22,818 bases of DNA from Armatimonadota bacterium (GCA_037446215.1 JBBIJB010000030.1:1-22818), one strand, 5' to 3'; numbered from the stretch's first letter, positions 7,769-16,478 are shown. Notes: generated by a model not told the origin, from the letters alone. Translations and numbers: made by a program.

Positions 7769-9346
7769 CTACTTCTGTGCCCAGACCGCGTCCCAGCGGT
7801 CGCGGGCCTCTGCACCGATCCAGATGCCCTTCAGCGTGGTCCTGGCCGCGTCCACGCCGATCTCGTCGAAGAGCATGAGTACCGGTATCTCCGCCGCCAG
7901 CGTCTTTGAGACCTGGGCGTAGATCTTGCCGCGCGCCTCCCGGCTCGGGACCTCAGCCGCCTGGGTGAGCAGCCGGTCCACCTCCGGGTTGGAGTATCCG
8001 GTCGCGTTCACGAAAGGCGTGCCGGGCGGCGCCGACGCGTAGATCCTGTGGTAGCCGATCGCGGGGTCGCCTCCGCTGGTGAACGTCTGCACCGTGATCT
8101 CGTAGTCGGGCCTGGTGTAGACACGGTCGATCATCACCGCGCGGTCCATCGGCTGGAGATCGGCGGTGATCCCAACCGCCCGCAGGTTGTCCCTCATGAT
8201 GGCGGCCGCCGCGACAAGTGGAGCCCGGGCCGCGTCGTAGACGATCCGCAGCCGGACCGCCCTCTCACCGCCGGCCCCGCGCGCCAGGCCCGCCTCGTCC
8301 AGCAGCGCGTTTGCGCGCTCGGGGCTGTGCGGGTAGAGCCGGTTGTAGTCGGAGTCGATCGAGAACGCCCACTTGAAACCGTCGCCGAACGGTCCCCTTG
8401 CAGGGCGGGCCAGGCTCCCCATCGCCTGGGTCACTATCTGGACGCGGTTGATCGCCAGGGCCAGCGCCTGCCGGACCTTGGGATTGTCCAGGGGTGGCTT
8501 GCGCGTGTTGATGAAGATGAAGCCCATCGACGGAATCGGCTGGCCCAAGCGCACGCGGATGTTCGGGTTCTTCCTCAGCCGGTCAACGTCGGTCTTGGGC
8601 AGGTAGAAGTCGGCGATGTGATCGACCTCGCCCACCTCCAGCGCGGTCACCCGCAGCGCGGCGCTCGGGATGATGCGGAAGACCATCCTGTCGAGGTAGA
8701 CAGGGTTCCAGTAGTCGGGGTTCCGCTCCAGGACCACGCGGTCGCCCCTCACCCACTCCCTGAACTTGAAGGGGCCGGTCCCGACCGGGTCGTTGTTGCG
8801 CGGGTGCCTGGGGATCTCCTCGCCGCTGCCGTAGATGTGGCGAGGCAGGATCGGGCAGTCGAAGACTGTGAGCAGGCGCAGGAAGGGAGCGTAGGGCTTC
8901 TTCAGGGTGACCGTCAGCGTGTTCGGCGACGAGGCCACGATCCTCTCGAAGTTCGCAAAGGCGGTTCGGAACCGCCCGTGGAAGGGCCCCGTCACCTGCT
9001 CCATCGTGAACTTGACGTCCTGGGCTGTGAACGGGCGGCCGTCGTGCCACTTCACGTTGCGGCGCAGCTCGAACGTGTAGGTGAGCCCGTCCGGGGAGAC
9101 GGTCCACGACGCGGCGAGGTCCGGCTTCAGGTCGCCCCTCGCATCCACCCACACCAGCCCGCTGAAGATGCTGCCGGCTACCGCCCCCACAGCGTAGCCG
9201 GTCGTGATGCCGAGGTTTAGGGTCTCGGGATCGCCCCCGATGGCGGTCACGGCGGTCCCGCCCCTCTGGGCCTCGATCGGCGCGGCCGCCGACGGGGCCG
9301 CTACCAGCAGGACAGCAACGAAGAGAGCCGCTGCTCTAGTCCACAT
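7769..9346 (-). CDS. ABC transporter substrate-binding protein, family 5 (DppA/OppA/NikA-like)
   Basis: Sec signal peptide (MWTRAAALFVAVLLVAAPSAAA), PDLAASWTVSPDGLTYTFELR..VKWHDG..FTAQDVKFT, PVGTGPFK, KVRQAL; SD GGAGG upstream. Confidence 0.93.
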   Translation of the reverse strand: MWTRAAALFVAVLLVAAPSAAAPIEAQRGGTAVTAIGGDPETLNLGITTGYAVGAVAGSIFSGLVWVDARGDLKPDLAASWTVSPDGLTYTFELRRNVKWHDGRPFTAQDVKFTMEQVTGPFHGRFRTAFANFERIVASSPNTLTVTLKKPYAPFLRLLTVFDCPILPRHIYGSGEEIPRHPRNNDPVGTGPFKFREWVRGDRVVLERNPDYWNPVYLDRMVFRIIPSAALRVTALEVGEVDHIADFYLPKTDVDRLRKNPNIRVRLGQPIPSMGFIFINTRKPPLDNPKVRQALALAINRVQIVTQAMGSLARPARGPFGDGFKWAFSIDSDYNRLYPHSPERANALLDEAGLARGAGGERAVRLRIVYDAARAPLVAAAAIMRDNLRAVGITADLQPMDRAVMIDRVYTRPDYEITVQTFTSGGDPAIGYHRIYASAPPGTPFVNATGYSNPEVDRLLTQAAEVPSREARGKIYAQVSKTLAAEIPVLMLFDEIGVDAARTTLKGIWIGAEARDRWDAVWAQK

Positions 9347-9383
9347 CGCCTCTTCCCTCCAAGGGATACCGGTGAGACACCAG

Positions 9384-9405
9384 GCAGGATCGTAGCAGGA
9401 TCGTA
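9384..9405. repeat. Perfect 11-bp tandem direct repeat upstream of the SBP gene, overlapping a candidate extended -10
   Basis: GCAGGATCGTA at 9384-9394 and 9395-9405. On the minus strand it reads TACGATCCTGC x2, which contains TG-C-TACGAT. Confidence 0.6.
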
Positions 9406-9688
9406 TGTCGTTCGGTGTCTCTTTGACAGAGGAGAGGCGCCTCCCTTCCCCTGTCCGCCACCGGCTGCCCTCGAGGCTCGATTCGCCCGCTCGCCCTCAA
9501 CCGCCAATCCCAGCCCGATGGAAGCCCGACCTGAAGGGCGTGGTCCTCCATGACAGGACGAATGCCAGGAGCTTCCAGGCCGGCGGAAGGACAGAGTTCG
9601 ACCTCTTCTCGGGACTCACCGCCGCGGGCGCTGTCTTGCCTGCGGGATCGGTCTCTGTCTCGACGGTGCAGCCGGCGCCGTAGCACCG

Positions 9689-10168
9689 CTATCCAAAGCG
9701 CCCGTCCGACCTGCGGCTGGCGACCCTCCGCCGCGCCCTCTCGAGCCACCCTGTGCGCACCTGCGTCGGCTCATCGAAGTCGGGCACGTAGGGTTTCACG
9801 TCGAGCAACGGCGTGCCATCGAGGATGTCCAGGTCCTCGATGTACATGGTGCGGCCGCGAACACGGCGAAGGCGCACGACCGATATGCCTATCGGGTTCG
9901 GCCGCCTCGGCGCCCGGGTCGCGAACACGCCGCGCGGCCTGGAGTCCAGGAAGGGGACCACGTGAAGCGTGAACCCCTTGCTACGGTGGAGGTGGTAGAC
10001 GAGGATCACATGCGAGAACCCCTGGAGGTCCTTCAGGCCGGCCCGGAACTCCTCAAAGATCTCGACCGTGCCCCTGACCCCGGCAGCCCCCGCGGGCTGG
10101 ATGGGCATGCCCTCGGTCCGCGCGAAGGGCGAGTGGACGATGCCGATCGGCCTGTACTCGATCCTCAT
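9689..10168 (-). CDS. trmO: tRNA m6t6A37 methyltransferase TrmO/TsaA family (single SAM-binding barrel domain)
   Basis: PIGIVHSPF, GLKDLQGFSHVILVYHLH, GVFATRAPRRPNPIGISVV, LDILDGTPLLDVKPY; strong SD AGGAGGGAG. Confidence 0.9.
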   Translation of the reverse strand: MRIEYRPIGIVHSPFARTEGMPIQPAGAAGVRGTVEIFEEFRAGLKDLQGFSHVILVYHLHRSKGFTLHVVPFLDSRPRGVFATRAPRRPNPIGISVVRLRRVRGRTMYIEDLDILDGTPLLDVKPYVPDFDEPTQVRTGWLERARRRVASRRSDGRFG

Positions 10169-10174
10169 CCCGGG

Positions 10175-10779
10175 TCACTCCCTCCTGCCGGCCGGCAGCG
10201 GCTCCTGCCCGTCGAGCACAACGACCGCGCGCAGGAGAACCTCGGCGCCCAGCGCGGCATCTTCGGGATTGGTCTGCTCGCGCGGGGAGTGGCTGATGCC
10301 GCCGATGCTCGGGACGAAGATCATCCCGGCGGGGACGCGCTTAGCCAGAACCATCGCATCGTGGCCGGCGCCGCTCGGCATCTGATAGGGCTCGAAGCCC
10401 CGCTCCGAGATGGCTTCCAGAAGGGTGTCGCGGACGCCGGCATCCAGCGGCACCGGCTCCCGGAGGTCCCAAGGGTCCATGCCGCACTCCAGCCCGCTTC
10501 GCTGCCCGGCGGCCAGAAGCTCCTCGCCCGCCTCGTCACACAGCAGCAGCGCGCCGACTGTGCCGGCTGAAGGTGGGCCAGGGCGGCTCGCCGGTCCGTG
10601 CTCTGTGTGCAACTCGAGATGGACCCCGATGTCGCGGGGAATGCCGCAGTCATGCTTCCTTCAGGCACCATGCCGAGGTGGGGGGGCAGCGCTATCGAAG
10701 GCCATCGTTGGCGCGCGATCGACGTCCAGCAGGCAACGGTCGGGGACATCACACCAGTTGATCCTCGCGACGCCCTCAC
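10175..10779 (-). pseudogene. M20-family N-carbamoyl-amino-acid/allantoate amidohydrolase (HyuC/AllC-like), heavily deleted
   Basis: C-terminus is intact (MPSGAGHDAM, MIFVPSIGGISHSPRE). Degenerate DIGVHLELHTEHGP (cf. LELHIEQGP) at about 10592-10633, and AGTVG. Only about 600 bp remain where such enzymes are about 410 aa, and there is an in-frame stop upstream. The 5' boundary is approximate. Confidence 0.8.
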
Positions 10780-12359
10780 GTGAATGCGGGACGCCGCAGC
10801 GCCCGCCCCGCTCTGGCTCCAGTGTCCTCGCCACCGTCGATCACGAGTTGCCCGTTCACCACAACATCCACGACCCCTTCGCAGAACTTGTGGGGGTCCC
10901 GATACGTCGCACGCTCCGAGATCTTCTCCGGGTCGAAGACAACGAGGTCGGCCTTGAATCCGGGGCGAACGAGCCCCATGTCGTGGGCCCGTAGACGTCT
11001 AGCCGGGAGAGATGTCATCTTGCGCACTGCCTCTTCCAGGGTCAGAACCTGCTCGTCTCTCACGTACCTGCCAAGAACCCTCGCATATGTACCGTAGCTG
11101 CGAGGGTGCGGCTTGCCGCCAGCTTTCGGGCCAAGCGTCCACCCGTCGCTTGCGACCGACACCATGGGGTGCCGCATCACGGTACGCACATCTTCCTCGG
11201 ACATGTTGAATGAGATCATCTGTGTGCTGCCTCGCTCAGCCTGCAAGAGGTAGAGAGCGGCGACGGCCAGAGGTTCGGCCCGTAGGGCAGCAATGTCCTT
11301 CAGCATCATCCCTTCGTACTGTTTGTTCGGACCGACTGATAGGTGGCCAATCATGACCGTGCCCAGATCGAAGTCGGTCCTAAGCTCGGCGACGTCCTTG
11401 GCTACAAGTGCATGCTCTTTCGGATCCTGAAGGCGCGCTAGCATTCGCTCAATGCCGCCTTCCAACAACCTTTGCGGCAGCACCGCTGTCAGGGTTGTGC
11501 TACCCGCCGCATAGGGATGTTGGTCCGCCATTACATCCTGGCCTTTGCTCCGGGCTCGATCAATCATGCCCAGGGCCTCTTTGGCGCGTCCCCAGTTCCT
11601 CTTGGCCGAGGCCTTCAGGTGGCTGATCTGCACGGGCACGTCGGCCGTGCGGCCTACGATCAGCGCCTCGCTAATGGCTTCCAGCAGCAGGTCTCCCTCG
11701 CTTCGAACGTGAGTGGAGTAGAACCCTCCGTACCTCGAGGCGACGCTCGCTAGGGCCACAAGTTCGCCGGTGGAGGCATAGCTGCCGGGAGGATAGACCA
11801 ATCCCGAGGACAGCCCAAAAGCGCCTGCCTCCATCCCGCGGGCGACGAGGGCTTCCATTCGGGTGAGCTCAGAGGGCCGCGGCTCGCGGGACTCAAAGCC
11901 CATCACCGCAATCCTGACCGCTCCGTGACCGACCTGGAGGGCGATGTTGCACGCAAGCGGCAGCCCCCCGAGAAGCACGAAATAGCCGTCAGCATCATTC
12001 CAGTCCCACGATAGGCCCGCGTCGAGGAAGGAGGTGTGGGAGCGCAGAAGGTCGAGTCGATCACTGCTCAGAGGGAACGGAGAGAAGCCACAGTTGCCCG
12101 CGAGCTGAGTCGTGACGCCCTGGCGCACCATGGCCTCGGCACGTGGGAACACAGGCAACGTGAAGTCCGAGTGAGTGTGAAGATCGACAAACCCCGGCGC
12201 TAGCACGTTGCCCGCGACGTCAACCGTCCGTTTTGCCCTGGAGCTCGACATCGCCCCAATTGAAGCAATCCGGTCGCCCTCGACAGCAACGTCAGCTTGG
12301 AATCGCGGGGCCCCGCTGCCGTCAACAACGCAGGCGTTCTTGAAGAGCAGATCAAACAT
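10776..12359 (-). CDS. N-acyl-D-amino-acid deacylase (D-aminoacylase) family amidohydrolase
   Basis: APGFVDLHTHSD, GVTT..GNCGFSP, GLSSGLVYPPG, THVRSE, ISHLK, ASDG, PHPRSYGTYARVLG, LEEAVRKMTSLPA. Confidence 0.9.
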   Translation of the reverse strand: MFDLLFKNACVVDGSGAPRFQADVAVEGDRIASIGAMSSSRAKRTVDVAGNVLAPGFVDLHTHSDFTLPVFPRAEAMVRQGVTTQLAGNCGFSPFPLSSDRLDLLRSHTSFLDAGLSWDWNDADGYFVLLGGLPLACNIALQVGHGAVRIAVMGFESREPRPSELTRMEALVARGMEAGAFGLSSGLVYPPGSYASTGELVALASVASRYGGFYSTHVRSEGDLLLEAISEALIVGRTADVPVQISHLKASAKRNWGRAKEALGMIDRARSKGQDVMADQHPYAAGSTTLTAVLPQRLLEGGIERMLARLQDPKEHALVAKDVAELRTDFDLGTVMIGHLSVGPNKQYEGMMLKDIAALRAEPLAVAALYLLQAERGSTQMISFNMSEEDVRTVMRHPMVSVASDGWTLGPKAGGKPHPRSYGTYARVLGRYVRDEQVLTLEEAVRKMTSLPARRLRAHDMGLVRPGFKADLVVFDPEKISERATYRDPHKFCEGVVDVVVNGQLVIDGGEDTGARAGRALRRPAFT

Positions 12360-12463
12360 CTGCTAAGCCTCGCAAGGGTACCCTCAGGGGCACGGGGTAG
12401 CACTCCCTTTGGGGAAGGGCAGGCGATCACCCAGAGCCGAAGGTTGCATCAGCTACGCCGGCA

Positions 12464-13378
12464 CTAGGCCTCGCGAGGCAGTGAAGGGTGGTGCTCCAGC
12501 CAGTGCCTGGCAATGTCGACGCGACGGCAGATCCACACTTCGCTGTGCCGCTCAACGTGGTCGAGAAACCGCGCTAACGCCGCCAATCGGCCCGGCCGTC
12601 CAGCTAGGCGCGCGTGGAGGCCGACGGACATCATTTTCGGCGAGGTCGCTCCTTCAGCGTAGAGCACATCAAACGAGTCCTTCAAGTAGGTGTAGAAGTC
12701 GTCGCCCGAATTGAACCCTTGTGCTGTTCCAAACTTCATGTCGTTGTTGTCGAGGGTGTAGGGGACCACAAGATGCTGACGGCCGGAGACCTCTACCCAG
12801 TACGGCAGGTCATCGTTGTATGCATCCGAGTCGTAGAGGAACCCTCCCTCTTCCACGACAAGCCGGCGCGTGTTGGGGCTGATTCTTCCCGTATACCAGC
12901 CAACCGGCCGATTGCCTGAAGCTCTCGTGATGCAGTCTACCGCCAACCTGATGTGCTCGCGCTCGATATCCTCCGACATGAACTGGTAGTCGATCCAGCG
13001 CCAGCCGTGGCTGACGATCTCGTGTCCGGCTTCGACCATCGCCGCTGCGGCATCTGGGTGTCGCTCGAGGGCCATAGCGACGGCGAAGAAGCTGATCTTG
13101 ATCGACCGCTCTTCGAAGAGGCGCAGCAACCTCCAGAACCCGACGCGGCTGCCGTACTCGTACACCGACTCGACCACCAGGCTCCTGGCACCCCGCAGAG
13201 GCTCCAGCCCGACGACCTCGTGCAGGTACACCTCGGAGCACTCATCGCCGTGGAGTATGGAGCGCTCACCGCCCTCCTCGTAATTGACCACGAATTGAAC
13301 GGCAAGGCGGGCGCCGGCCGGCCACTTCGGGTCTGGAGGGTTCCGGCCATACCCTACAAGATCACGCGGGTAGCGCAT
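12464..13378 (-). CDS. puuE: Allantoinase PuuE (polysaccharide-deacetylase fold)
   Basis: MRYPRDLVGYG..PPDPKWP..ARLAVQFVVNYEEGGE, YEYGSRVGFWR, HGWRWIDYQ, GWYTGR.SPNTRRL, YDSD.Y.DDLPYW, PYTLDNNDMKF. ATG at 13378 follows AAGGAGG inside the 3' end of hydA. Confidence 0.93.
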   Translation of the reverse strand: MRYPRDLVGYGRNPPDPKWPAGARLAVQFVVNYEEGGERSILHGDECSEVYLHEVVGLEPLRGARSLVVESVYEYGSRVGFWRLLRLFEERSIKISFFAVAMALERHPDAAAAMVEAGHEIVSHGWRWIDYQFMSEDIEREHIRLAVDCITRASGNRPVGWYTGRISPNTRRLVVEEGGFLYDSDAYNDDLPYWVEVSGRQHLVVPYTLDNNDMKFGTAQGFNSGDDFYTYLKDSFDVLYAEGATSPKMMSVGLHARLAGRPGRLAALARFLDHVERHSEVWICRRVDIARHWLEHHPSLPREA

Positions 13379-14762
13379 AGTCGCCTCCTTCGAACCGGGC
13401 TCGACGCAGAAAGCGTCCAAATCCATGTTGCCCCACGAATTGATCACCATCAACAATCCTTTGACCGCGCACCCATACCCCCGTGGGCGCTCCGCGCACG
13501 CGCATACCCTCGAAGAGATTGTAGTCAACCGCCATGTGGTGGGTTCTCGCAGTGATGGTACGGTCGATGCGCGGGTCGAAGAGCAGAATGTCGGCGTCGG
13601 CGCCGACAGCGAGGGTGCCTTTGCGCGGGTAGAGTCCAAACAGCTTGGCAGGATTGGACGCAGTCAGTTCGACGTATCGATTGAGAGAGATCCGCCCCTG
13701 TCCCACACCGATCTCATGGAGGACCATCATCCGATCCTCGATGGCCGGAACCCCGGTAGGGATATGCTCAAAACTGCCCCGCCCCAGGGTCTTCTTAGTG
13801 TCAAAGCTGAAGGGGCAGTGGTCTGTTGAGACAACGGCCAGCGACCCGTCACGAAGCCCCTCCCACAGCACCTCCTGGTCGCGTACCGTCCGAAATGGCG
13901 GAGAGCATACGTACTTGGCCCCTTCAAACCCCGGCTGGTTAAGGTCGTCCACTGTGAAGCGAAGATACTGGATACAGGTCTCCGCCCAAACCCGAGCGCC
14001 TCGGGACTGGGCGGCACGAACTTGTTCCAAGGCCAGTTCGCATGTCAGATGCACGACATAGAGCGGGGCCCCTGCAACGGCCGCAAGAGCAATTGCCCTT
14101 CCGGTCGCCTCACCCTCCAGTTCAGGGGGTCGGGTCAGCGCATGGAAGACCGGAGAGGAATTACCCGCAGCGAGGGCATCGCCAACAAGGACATCGATCA
14201 CATCACCGTTCTCCGCGTGGGCCATGACAAGAACTCCGCCTTGACTGGCGTACCTCATCGCCTTGAACAGCGAAGCATCATCGACCTGCAGGCTGCCCTT
14301 GAACGCCATGAACAGTTTGATAGAAGGAACACCCCATTCCGAAAGCAGAGGTATCTCGCGCAACACGGAAGGGGTGGGATCAGTCACGGCTACGTGGAAA
14401 GCGTAGTCGATGCACGCCTTTCCCTTGGCCTTCGTGTGCCAGAGGTCGAGTGCTTGGCGTAGACTAGCCCCCTCGGGCTGAATGACGAAGTCGATGTGCG
14501 ACGTTGTCCCGCCAAAGGCAGCTGCTACATGACCGGTATGAAAGTCATCGGCCGTGGTGGTGCGGGGAGTGGGCATATCAAGGTGCGTGTGGACGTCAAC
14601 ACCCCCTGGCAGGAGATACTGACCCCGGGCGTCCACAACCACCGCATTGGCGCTCGGAAGGCCGTGCCCAACAGCGGCTACGCGTTCGCCTTCGATCAGA
14701 AGGTCTGCCTGAAAGGCCTTGTCCGGGGTCACAATGGTACCGTTCACGAGAAGGGTGCGCAT
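13362..14762 (-). CDS. hydA: Dihydropyrimidinase / D-hydantoinase
   Basis: PGGVDVHTHLDMP, AAFGGTT, SIKLFMA (carbamylated Lys position), AHAENG, YVVHLT, AKYVCSPP.R, STDHCPF, NPAKLFGLYPRKG. Confidence 0.93.
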   Translation of the reverse strand: MRTLLVNGTIVTPDKAFQADLLIEGERVAAVGHGLPSANAVVVDARGQYLLPGGVDVHTHLDMPTPRTTTADDFHTGHVAAAFGGTTSHIDFVIQPEGASLRQALDLWHTKAKGKACIDYAFHVAVTDPTPSVLREIPLLSEWGVPSIKLFMAFKGSLQVDDASLFKAMRYASQGGVLVMAHAENGDVIDVLVGDALAAGNSSPVFHALTRPPELEGEATGRAIALAAVAGAPLYVVHLTCELALEQVRAAQSRGARVWAETCIQYLRFTVDDLNQPGFEGAKYVCSPPFRTVRDQEVLWEGLRDGSLAVVSTDHCPFSFDTKKTLGRGSFEHIPTGVPAIEDRMMVLHEIGVGQGRISLNRYVELTASNPAKLFGLYPRKGTLAVGADADILLFDPRIDRTITARTHHMAVDYNLFEGMRVRGAPTGVWVRGQRIVDGDQFVGQHGFGRFLRRARFEGGDYALPA

Positions 14763-14797
14763 TTGGGCTCCCTGAGCACCATGGACAAGCTCAATCT

Positions 14798-14808
14798 AGA
14801 ATACCACA
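14798..14808 (-). promoter_or_regulatory. Extended -10 promoter element for the hydA-puuE operon
   Basis: Minus strand reads TGTGGTATTCT (TG-n-TATTCT), about 35 nt upstream of the hydA ATG and its AGGGAG SD. Confidence 0.5.
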
Positions 14809-15129
14809 GGGCGAGGAATGCGCGCAGAGCGCGCGATGCCTCATCTGAAGTCGACCCCCAGTAGGGGGTGTTGGATCGATTCTGCGACATGCCTCGGCGA
14901 GGCTATGCCGTCTCCCCAGTGGCTCTGAAGACTCCGGCGACAGCTTGGCAGGCACACTGATAGGAACCTCGGCAGCGCTCGGCGGATTCCTACCCCAGCC
15001 GTTGGCCGCCTCCTCCCATTCGCGGCCATACGCAGGGCCACTCTCTCTGGAAGCCGGAAGAAGGACTTGGAGGGAAAAACGCCGAAAGTCCACACGCGCT
15101 TGTGAAAGCCGCCGAAGAGCGACCATGCA

Positions 15130-15145
15130 CGGCGTTCTTGCTGCA
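15130..15145 (+). promoter_or_regulatory. Possible sigma54 (-24/-12) promoter for the Liv-carbamoyltransferase-fix operon
   Basis: CGGCGTTCTTGCTGCA has GG-N10-GC spacing (GG 15131-2, GC 15143-4), about 40 nt before the ATG. The match to TGGCACG-N4-TTGCW is only partial. Confidence 0.25.
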
Positions 15146-15185
15146 CTCCCAGCTCGATACGTAGTCCGGTGGGAGGGTGATACTC

Positions 15186-16424
15186 ATGCGAAAGCCGGCA
15201 CTGTACGTCTTCGCGTGCCTACTGATCCTCATTCTCGCTCAGTCGTGGTGGCCGGCAGGTGCACAGCCACCAGGGGAAGTCCGAATCGGCGTATTGCTGC
15301 CCCTGTCGGGGCCGGATGCGATAGATGGGGAGAACCAGCGGCGCGCCTTCGAGATGGCCGCTGAAGACATCAACGCGCAGGGCGGCATCAAGTCGATGGG
15401 CGGCGCGCGTGTCCGGATGCTATATGGGGACACTCTCGGCCGGGCTGAGGTCGGCATAGCCGAGACCGAGCGCCTCATCACTCGCGAGCGGGTGGCGCTC
15501 CTTATGGGCACCTGGCATAGCGGGGTAGCGATCTCGGCAACGCTCGTTGCAGAACGCTACCGCGTACCGTTCCTGGTGTGCAATGCCCTTGTCGACGCCA
15601 TTAGCGAACGTGGCCTCAAATATACCTTCCACACGGTTTCGAGAACCAGCCAGTTCGCCGGTGACTCGGGGGCCTTTGTCAAGGCAATAGGAGACAGGAC
15701 CGGGAAGCGCGCCAAGCGCGTGGCAATTCTAAACGCGGATACGTTCTTCGGCCGCGAGGTTGCCCGGTTCTGGCGCAGGTTGCTGCCCGAACAGGGATAT
15801 GACCTGGTAACAGACGTTGCGTACGCCTCACCATCCACGAGCCAGATTGAGTCAATCCTCAAACTGCGGGCCGGACGACCTGATGTGGTGTTCATGTCGG
15901 CAAGCGTCGCGGATGCTACGATGACGGTTCGGCAGATGAAGGAAATGAGATACTGGCCGGAACTCGCAGTTGTCGCAATCGGAGGGGGCCCCAGCCACCC
16001 CACCTTCGTCGAGAACGTGGGGGAACTGGGTGAGGGCCTCTTCGCGGTAAACGACTGGTTCCCAAGTATCCGGCGGCCTCAGAGCAAGGAGCTAAATGAC
16101 CGCTTCCGCAAGAAGCACGGCGCGGACATGACCGGCAATGCCAACACCACATATGCTGCAGTCTGGATCGCCAAGGACGGGCTTGAGCGTGCCGGAACCG
16201 TTGACGGCGAGCGTCTCCGCCAGGCGATTGCGGACACTGACATCCGTACCGGCGTTCCCATGTTCATGTATGATCGAGTGAAGTTTGACGAGGCAGGGAA
16301 GAATGCATACGCTTTCAATGTCGTAGCCCAGCTGCAGAAGGGTTCTTTCCACGTCGTTCACCCGGTGCGTGTGGCCGTGGCAACAGCCCAGTGGCCTGTC
16401 CCGAACTGGGACGCCCGCCGGTGA
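15186..16424 (+). CDS. HAAT/Liv-family ABC transporter substrate-binding protein
   Basis: Signal peptide; VRIGVLLPLSGPDA..G, A.EDINAQGGIKSMGGA, ETERLI. ATG at 15186 follows a GGAGGGTGA SD. Confidence 0.9.
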   Translation: MRKPALYVFACLLILILAQSWWPAGAQPPGEVRIGVLLPLSGPDAIDGENQRRAFEMAAEDINAQGGIKSMGGARVRMLYGDTLGRAEVGIAETERLITRERVALLMGTWHSGVAISATLVAERYRVPFLVCNALVDAISERGLKYTFHTVSRTSQFAGDSGAFVKAIGDRTGKRAKRVAILNADTFFGREVARFWRRLLPEQGYDLVTDVAYASPSTSQIESILKLRAGRPDVVFMSASVADATMTVRQMKEMRYWPELAVVAIGGGPSHPTFVENVGELGEGLFAVNDWFPSIRRPQSKELNDRFRKKHGADMTGNANTTYAAVWIAKDGLERAGTVDGERLRQAIADTDIRTGVPMFMYDRVKFDEAGKNAYAFNVVAQLQKGSFHVVHPVRVAVATAQWPVPNWDARR

Positions 16425-16478
16425 CCATAGGAAAGGGTGTCCGGAGGCGGCCCACAGCCGCTTCCGGATCCTAACCGT

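Noticed and set aside
8048..9220. Long antisense ORFs (390 aa here; also 693..1574, 3241..4017, 5862..6773, 7142..7909)
   Set aside because: Typical stop-poor antisense frames of high-GC genes, with no motifs and no SD.
13379..13639. N-terminal extension of PuuE (391-aa ORF)
   Set aside because: Overlaps hydA in another frame; the family N-terminus and AAGGAGG SD point to ATG 13378.
14945..14961. Second sigma54-like site TTGGCAGGCACACTGAT
   Set aside because: GA instead of the near-invariant GC at -12, and far from the start codon.
14791..15364. Short ORFs in the divergent intergenic region
   Set aside because: No recognisable motifs or SD, and they overlap promoter-like elements.
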